From a virus (Duplodnaviria; Caudoviricetes): DNA of 53,117 nt. A program made the position numbers and the translations under genes. The notes below the pieces were generated by a model. It saw only the letters and a list, made by a program, of their open reading frames with translations, was not told the DNA's origin and ran no database searches. The first letter of the stretch is position 1. Every line of letters starts with the position of its first letter. The DNA lies in IMG/VR virus record IMGVR_UViG_3300018074_000005, positions 1-53,117 of that record, one strand, 5' to 3'. Positions 47,616 to 53,117 of this stretch are shown in pieces.

Positions 47616-48330
47616 GCATTTGCTATCGAATCTCCACCGCGACCTTGACGCGTTGCGTGCGGCTGCGGCTGTCGAGCTGATACATCGCTCGACTCTCGCG
47701 GTCGATGACTTAATTGATGATTCGCCCAAGCGCGGCGCACGCGAGGCCCTGCATGTCCGCTACTCGCCGGTGATGGCGGGTGCTGTGGCGATGTGGCTCA
47801 ACTGCATGGCGCAAAAACTGCTCGATGACAATGCCCGCGCGCGCCAAGACCTGCGGATACTGGCTAACCGGCTGGCGCTGGGGGAAGTACTGCAGGAGCG
47901 CTGGAGCAAACAAGAGGGCAAGACGCCGCCGGCGACTTGGCAGGAGATCGCGGATTTGGATACCGGCGCGCTGTTCGATTTTACGCTGGCGATGGGCCGT
48001 AAGCCTAGTCCCGCGTTCGCCTATCCGTTGGCGCGACTGCGGCATGGACTCGATGATATCGAAGATCTGCTGGACCCCGAAGGCGATCAGCGCGACGTGG
48101 CGCAGGGGACACCGACACTCCCGACGGTGTTCACCGAAGCTAAGGAGCACGCGGGACTGGTTGCGGCGATTCCGCGGGCGCTGGCGTATCTTGAAACTGA
48201 GCTGGAACGTGTTAAGGTGTACGTCAAGCGCAAGGGAATGCTGAGGCCATTTGTCGATGACTTCGAGCGACAACTGCGAGGATACCAGAAAGTCGGCGTC
48301 AGCGCCGACCGGGACCGCAGCCGACCTTGA
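47413..48330 (+). CDS. Polyprenyl synthetase (trans-isoprenyl diphosphate synthase) family protein
   Basis: KGVRPALV, AAAVELIH.STLAVDDLIDDSPKRG (first DDxxD), LDDIED (second DDxxD), DVAQGTPTLP; RBS GAGGA. Confidence 0.85.
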   Translation: MGANLSGSISEVKRVYGSWIQHVFSHVRQLSQPQDQRLREAVHWHLYTMDDSKGVRPALVGACYVADEHLLSNLHRDLDALRAAAAVELIHRSTLAVDDLIDDSPKRGAREALHVRYSPVMAGAVAMWLNCMAQKLLDDNARARQDLRILANRLALGEVLQERWSKQEGKTPPATWQEIADLDTGALFDFTLAMGRKPSPAFAYPLARLRHGLDDIEDLLDPEGDQRDVAQGTPTLPTVFTEAKEHAGLVAAIPRALAYLETELERVKVYVKRKGMLRPFVDDFERQLRGYQKVGVSADRDRSRP

Positions 48331-48425
48331 AGACGTGCTACGCGCGTTGGGGTACATCGACCCGATAGTGCCGCCATTTGATTACGCGAAGACTCGGCTC
48401 ATTGAGCCGCGCGGAGGAGAGGCGA

Positions 48426-48677
48426 ATGAAAATTATCCTGCATCACGATGATGGCCGACGATACGCTATAGAGCAGTCCGCGGTCAGTCTGGTCGAGGAA
48501 ACCGGGGATAAGGGTTGCGACGTCTACGTGACGGGCGATCCCACTGCCGCACGGGTTCGCGAGAGTTTCGAGGAAGTCTGCGAGCTGGCATGGCCGGCCG
48601 AACCGGCAACCCTGGGGGAGCGCTTAGCCGCCGCCCGAGAAGTCGCACAGGCACCGCCGCCGCCCTTGACAAGCTAG
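48426..48677 (+). CDS. Small hypothetical protein (FlbD-like)
   Basis: RBS GGAGG; AVSLVEE...RVRESFEEV pattern. Confidence 0.55.
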   Translation: MKIILHHDDGRRYAIEQSAVSLVEETGDKGCDVYVTGDPTAARVRESFEEVCELAWPAEPATLGERLAAAREVAQAPPPPLTS

Positions 48678-48694
48678 CGGCGCGGGCGTAGATT
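48666..48694 (+). promoter_or_regulatory. Sigma70 promoter
   Basis: TTGACA-17nt-TAGATT. Confidence 0.65.
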
Positions 48695-48725
48695 TCAAGG
48701 CGTCCTCCACACCCATCCTCCCAAG

Positions 48726-48760
48726 GGCTGCCCCGGCCGTCACATCCGGCTGGGGCAGCC
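48726..48760. other. 14-bp GC-rich hairpin without a U-tract
   Basis: GGCTGCCCCGGCCG-TCACATC-CGGCTGGGGCAGCC. Confidence 0.6.
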
Positions 48761-48892
48761 GAGTGTTCCGTCTAACTTGGCCAGTTACGGTCAGTACGTC
48801 TAGCTACTTCCTACGCATAGATTGAGGCTCCGCTGGAGCCGGTGCTACGGTCGCGCCAAGGGATTGTTCTCTCTTACGCGGGAGGATCGTGT

Positions 48893-49258
48893 ATGCACGC
48901 ACGGAATCTGGCTGTGCTCGCGCTGCTATCGGCACTGGCACTGGTAAGTACGCAGGCTTGGGCGGCCGGCGGCGTCAGCGCCGGAACCTCGGTGGGGTCG
49001 GTCACGGCTGTAACGCTGCTCAGCGCCAATGCCGGTCGTCACGGGCTGATGTGTCAGAACAACGGCGCTAATCAGGTCAGTGCCGCCTTCGGCACCACAG
49101 CGACGGCTACCAACGGCTTTTTGCTCAATTCCGCAGGCGGACTGCTCAAGCTGCCCGATGCTGAAACGCCGGGCGTGATTGGCAATGCGATGCCGCTGAC
49201 GGCGCTTTCGGCGCTCTCGGTCTCCGGCACCAATGCCGTTGTGTGCTTGGAGTGGTAG
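48893..49258 (+). CDS. Small beta protein with signal peptide (paralog family A)
   Basis: MHARNLAVLALLSALALVSTQAWA-AGGVSAG...QNNGAN...NGF. Confidence 0.75.
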   Translation: MHARNLAVLALLSALALVSTQAWAAGGVSAGTSVGSVTAVTLLSANAGRHGLMCQNNGANQVSAAFGTTATATNGFLLNSAGGLLKLPDAETPGVIGNAMPLTALSALSVSGTNAVVCLEW

Positions 49259-49260
49259 CC

Positions 49261-50289
49261 ATGAAACGCCTACGCTTACTATTCATCGCCCTTGTTCTCG
49301 TTGCCATTCCTCTGTTGGTCGGTCTGGCCTACCCGCCGGCATTCGCATTCCTCAACGGTGGAAACCCGATCAGCCAAAGCGTTGTTCCGCTCAACACCGA
49401 TACCGGCGTGCCGACCAAAGTGGGGCATGTTTGGTATGTGGACCAGATTAACGGGAACGATACGAACAGCGGCTTTAGCCAGAGCGCCCCGTTCGCGACG
49501 ATTGGCAAGGGTCTGACCTCAGCGACCAATGGCGCGGGCGACATCATCATCGTCTACCCGGGCACCTATGCTGAGAATCTGAGCGTCACCAAGGATTACA
49601 TCACGATGATCGGGGCGATTTTGGGCGGGTACGCACGCCCCGATGTGGTACCGGCTGCGGGGATCGCGCTCACCGTCTCGACAGGAAGGGGATTCACCGC
49701 ACGGCATATGCGCTTTGCGTCGGTGGATAACTCCGACACGGTGCTCCAGAACACCAGTGGATTTCGCTATGAAGACGACGTGTTCGACGGCAACGCGCTT
49801 CAAGTGACCAAAGGAAATTTGCGCATCGTCGGCGGACCCGGCGGGACGGCTTCTGAGGGTAAGGTACTTAACTCGTACATCCGTGGTGGCGGAGCAGCGG
49901 GCATTCTCTTTCAGCATCGACTCGCCATAGATGGCGGCGAGGGCAGCACTGATAACGAGATCGCTCATTGTCGCTTCGTCGATAACGTGGCGAGCGATCT
50001 AAAGAGCGTCGTGAACACCAACGGCGGCGGCGCAGGTATCTACATAAACCTGAGCGTTCACGATAACCAGTTCATGACCAGCGGTGCCTCCTACAAGTAC
50101 ATTAACTTCGCAGCCGGCGCGGCGGGTGACTTGGCAGCCAACTCCTGCCTGATCGCAAATAATTACTTCGCTGACGAAGCGCTGACCGGCGGGACCGGCA
50201 ATCAGATCGATCTGGGCGCACAGCCCAAGGCGCACTTTGCGGGCAACTTCGACGACATCGCCGTCGTCAACGGGACGACCTTCAACTAG
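49261..50289 (+). CDS. Beta-helix (pectin-lyase-like) protein with signal peptide
   Basis: Leader ending AFA; VWYVD..NGNDTNSG....PFATI...GDIIIVYPGTYAE. Confidence 0.8.
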   Translation: MKRLRLLFIALVLVAIPLLVGLAYPPAFAFLNGGNPISQSVVPLNTDTGVPTKVGHVWYVDQINGNDTNSGFSQSAPFATIGKGLTSATNGAGDIIIVYPGTYAENLSVTKDYITMIGAILGGYARPDVVPAAGIALTVSTGRGFTARHMRFASVDNSDTVLQNTSGFRYEDDVFDGNALQVTKGNLRIVGGPGGTASEGKVLNSYIRGGGAAGILFQHRLAIDGGEGSTDNEIAHCRFVDNVASDLKSVVNTNGGGAGIYINLSVHDNQFMTSGASYKYINFAAGAAGDLAANSCLIANNYFADEALTGGTGNQIDLGAQPKAHFAGNFDDIAVVNGTTFN

Positions 50290-50304
50290 AACTAGGAGCG
50301 CGCC

Positions 50305-50589
50305 GTGCCCGATCCTGTACCGGCGACCCTAGCCCCGACACCACCGGCGATTGATACGGGTCGCAGCGTTGTGCGCGATGTTTTGGCGTTCTGCATCACG
50401 GCGGGCTTTTTCGGGTTCATCTTCATGATCGTCTACCTCAAGTGGGTGGACGATAAGATTTTCTCGATTCTGATGGCGCTGATTGCGATCGAGACCAACG
50501 TGCTTCAGTATTATTTCGGAAGTTCGATGGGTAGCGCCAGCAAGGATGCCTTGCTCGGACGCATGGCCAAAAACGGAGGGCAGTCATAA
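50305..50589 (+). CDS. Two-TM holin-like protein
   Basis: Two TM segments and a YYFGSSMGS.SKD motif. Confidence 0.7.
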   Translation: MPDPVPATLAPTPPAIDTGRSVVRDVLAFCITAGFFGFIFMIVYLKWVDDKIFSILMALIAIETNVLQYYFGSSMGSASKDALLGRMAKNGGQS

Positions 50590-50634
50590 TGACTTCCGTA
50601 CAGGCCCCCGCACCCGCAACTGCGAGTCCGTAAG

Positions 50635-50952
50635 ATGGCAGGCGGCGTCAGCGCCGGGTTCACGCTGAACACGGCGACCTCGACGGCGCTGTTGCCGGTC
50701 AACAACCGTCGCAAGTGGCTGTTCATCCAAAACAACGGCGCGAACGTTGTCATCATCGCATGCGGCACGAATAACGGCGCTTCCGCAGTCTCACCCGGCA
50801 ATGGCTTTCAGATCGCAGCCGGCGGTTCCTTGATTCTGCCGCCGGTAGTAGGGGCGCTGCCCGCCGGCGTTGGTCTGACGGGTGCCCCGACCACCGACAT
50901 CGCCGGGATTGCGATTGGGGGCGCCTCGGATGTGGTTGTGCTGGAAAACTGA
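50635..50952 (+). CDS. Small beta protein without signal peptide (paralog family A)
   Basis: MAGGVSAG...NNRRKWLFIQNNGAN...NGFQIAAGGSL. Confidence 0.7.
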   Translation: MAGGVSAGFTLNTATSTALLPVNNRRKWLFIQNNGANVVIIACGTNNGASAVSPGNGFQIAAGGSLILPPVVGALPAGVGLTGAPTTDIAGIAIGGASDVVVLEN

Positions 50953-50980
50953 GCTAAGCCACGCCGCGCGCCCACCCGCC

Positions 50981-53117
50981 ATGTACCCAAGGGGTAGAGC
51001 TGGAAAGCCCGCTCTGCGCAGCCGCTGCCTCAGCGCGGGGCATTATTTGGGTGTGCTCATGCTCCTACTGGCGTTGGGTGCTCAGGCTCGGGCGCAGCCA
51101 ATCAGCGGCCCAACCGCACCCGGCGGCGGTATCAGCGTGCCGGCGGGTACGTCTACCGGGCCGATTATCAACGTCAGCGTTAACAACGTCCTCAACCCCA
51201 AGGCGACGCCCTTCTATGCCAGCGGCTCCAATCAGACTGCGACTTGCAGCGGAACTATCGGGAGTACGGCACTCACCTGTCCCGCTGGGGTAGCCGACTT
51301 CATCGGCCACTACGGGATCACCGTTCCCAGCGGCGGTACGAGCAACACGCTGGCGACACCTGCCGCTCCCGCAGTCGTGAACACCAGCGTCATCACTGCG
51401 GAGGCGGGCAACATTGGCGCTTGCGGCGGCTGTTCGATCACGCCCGCCAATACGCCGACTACGGACTTTGGCGTTCAGTTCACTGCTACGGGCGGTAATT
51501 CGTCGCAGGGACAGCCGCTGACCGAACACGGCAGCGCCCCCGTCGCGCAGTGGCAGTACCACTTCACCGGCGGCGTCTACAACTTTTTCAGTTCCGACGC
51601 GAACAAGGCGGTGTCGCTGGCCTACGAATACACCGATGCAACGGGCGGGACTTCGCATACCTACAAATGCATCGCGCTGAAGCTGGACGGTTCATTCAGC
51701 GCCGCCTCGCCCGGGACAATCAACGCGACCGGCCCTGTAACCTTGAGCTGGCTCAAGCGCAACGACGTGACTTGCGGAGTGTCTGCCGGCGCAGATGCTT
51801 ATGGGTTTTACCGCGACAATGTATGGATCGGCTCGACAGGGACGACTCTCTTCCACGATAACGGAGCAATCAGCCAAAACCGGCCGTGGTGGATTCCATC
51901 CAGTCCGACTGGGGCAGGCGCCGCCCCGCTGGTGACTTCGGTTACTGCGGTTGGAACGACCTCATTGGCGCTGACCGCTGCGCTTGTCAACACCGTGAGC
52001 GCGGTTGCGGTGCGCCATAGCGATAGCGTTGCGATTCAGGCTGCGATTACCGCGTGCGTCGCGCTGGGCGCAGGCGGCTGTGCGGTCGAGTTTCCGCCGG
52101 GCACCTACCTCGCGAACATCATCAACAAGACTGGGGTAGCGTTGCGCGGCCCGCATATCCAGCGCGGTGCATCGGTAACCGGTGCTGCTGTTGTTCTACA
52201 AAGCGGCCTGCCGGGCGCAGTAATCGACAGCGACAACTCCGGCAACCCGCGCAGTTCAGTTGAGGGCTTGGCGCTGAACTGTCTCGGTGCGGGCGGTCTC
52301 GGTGATCGAGGTATTCTACTGCGGCGAGATAAGGGCACAGTGATCAAGAATGTCACTATTCTCGCCTGCGGCGATCAGGGAATCCAGACCCAGATCAACA
52401 CGGTCGCGAACACCATCTTCGATGTACAGGCTCCCGATAGTCTGCGCGATCACAACCGCATCGAGCATAACGGCGCCTTGGACGTAGACGGTAGCGATAA
52501 CTATATCGGTGGCCAGAGTGAATTTGGCGCTGCACTCCAATCTTATGAGAACTCACCGACCTCTTTGCGCCTATATGTCGATGGGATCGTGATTCGCGGC
52601 GGGACCACGCATATCGATGGCCTCGTGGTCGGCGAGCTGTCGGACGAGGGAGTTTACGCAGGCGAGACGGTAACCTCGGCGAGCTACCCGCTATTCATCG
52701 TGATTGATGCGCTGCGGGTTGACCATAATTTCGGGCATGGAATCGAGTTGGAGAAGGGCATCGGTCAGTTCCTCGGCTTATTGTCGCTCGACAACGGCAT
52801 CGGCTTGAATAATTATTTCGATGCAATTCACACCGATAACAATGCGATTGCACAATGGCAGGTAAGCGATTTCTCGAATGTCAGCAACACCGCCAACAGG
52901 GTTCGCTACGGCATCTGGGATGCAGGGTCAGGCTCGGAATATACGAATCCGCTGATAGGCCCGACGTCCTTCAGCACGGCGCGCTACTTCGCTATGCCGA
53001 CCACCAACCCAGCGAAGATTTCCTTCGCGGTGGGCACTGTTCTGCCGCTGACCGGCACGACGCCTGATGTCTCGGCGGGCGACGACTTCTTTTTCAACAA
53101 TGCCGCCACGCCGACCA
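50981..53117 (+). CDS. Tailspike with pectate-lyase-like beta-helix and signal-peptide-like leader (3'-partial; absent from the ORF track)
   Basis: Manual translation is open to the window end: YLGVLMLLLALGAQARA leader; DSVAIQAAI...VEFPPGTY motif; ends ...TPDVSAGDDFFFNNAATPT. Confidence 0.85.
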   Translation, partial: MYPRGRAGKPALRSRCLSAGHYLGVLMLLLALGAQARAQPISGPTAPGGGISVPAGTSTGPIINVSVNNVLNPKATPFYASGSNQTATCSGTIGSTALTCPAGVADFIGHYGITVPSGGTSNTLATPAAPAVVNTSVITAEAGNIGACGGCSITPANTPTTDFGVQFTATGGNSSQGQPLTEHGSAPVAQWQYHFTGGVYNFFSSDANKAVSLAYEYTDATGGTSHTYKCIALKLDGSFSAASPGTINATGPVTLSWLKRNDVTCGVSAGADAYGFYRDNVWIGSTGTTLFHDNGAISQNRPWWIPSSPTGAGAAPLVTSVTAVGTTSLALTAALVNTVSAVAVRHSDSVAIQAAITACVALGAGGCAVEFPPGTYLANIINKTGVALRGPHIQRGASVTGAAVVLQSGLPGAVIDSDNSGNPRSSVEGLALNCLGAGGLGDRGILLRRDKGTVIKNVTILACGDQGIQTQINTVANTIFDVQAPDSLRDHNRIEHNGALDVDGSDNYIGGQSEFGAALQSYENSPTSLRLYVDGIVIRGGTTHIDGLVVGELSDEGVYAGETVTSASYPLFIVIDALRVDHNFGHGIELEKGIGQFLGLLSLDNGIGLNNYFDAIHTDNNAIAQWQVSDFSNVSNTANRVRYGIWDAGSGSEYTNPLIGPTSFSTARYFAMPTTNPAKISFAVGTVLPLTGTTPDVSAGDDFFFNNAATPT

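Larger units (their letters stand above)
1220..50656. repeat. Dispersed 14-bp quasi-palindrome CGGCG-TCAR-CGCCG, at least 18 copies
   Basis: Forward copies start at 1220, 2223, 6584, 13021, 15223, 22598, 25464, 31667, 38066, 48294, 48970, 50643. Reverse copies start at 16329, 17964, 34082, 37532, 44326, 46595. All contain the 12-mer GGCGTCARCGCC. Confidence 0.9.

Noticed and set aside
38776-53117. Diversity-generating retroelement targeting tail fibres
   Set aside because: No reverse transcriptase, and no TR/VR pair with adenine-specific differences seen.

Overview
Almost the entire genome of a GC-rich tailed dsDNA phage with podovirus-like architecture: terminase, portal, scaffold, capsid, adaptor, nozzle and large internal/ejection proteins, with no tape measure or major tail tube gene. 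The window starts and ends inside what looks like the same tailspike gene, so it is probably a near-complete circular permutation with a short gap. The early region (about 0.9-15.1 kb) has two converging operons driven by an identical 43-bp promoter in inverted orientation. It encodes a YqaJ exonuclease, replication initiator, DnaB, a SNF2 helicase, and an IS1-like element carrying a Dam-type methylase and two degenerate tRNA-like genes. The late region (about 16-53 kb) is on the + strand. No integrase or DNA polymerase is recognisable. Most unusual signals: (1) an HNH endonuclease gene with its own extended -10 promoter, inserted antisense and in frame inside a DNA methyltransferase ORF that stays open; (2) at least 18 copies of a quasi-palindrome CGGCG-TCAR-CGCCG on both strands and in several reading frames; (3) eight tail-fibre/spike-like proteins with N-terminal signal-peptide-like leaders; (4) a repeat-spacer-repeat unit whose spacer is an exact antisense copy of the phage's own tailspike gene; (5) a polyprenyl-synthase-like gene. 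All calls come from manual reading of the sequence; no database searches were run.
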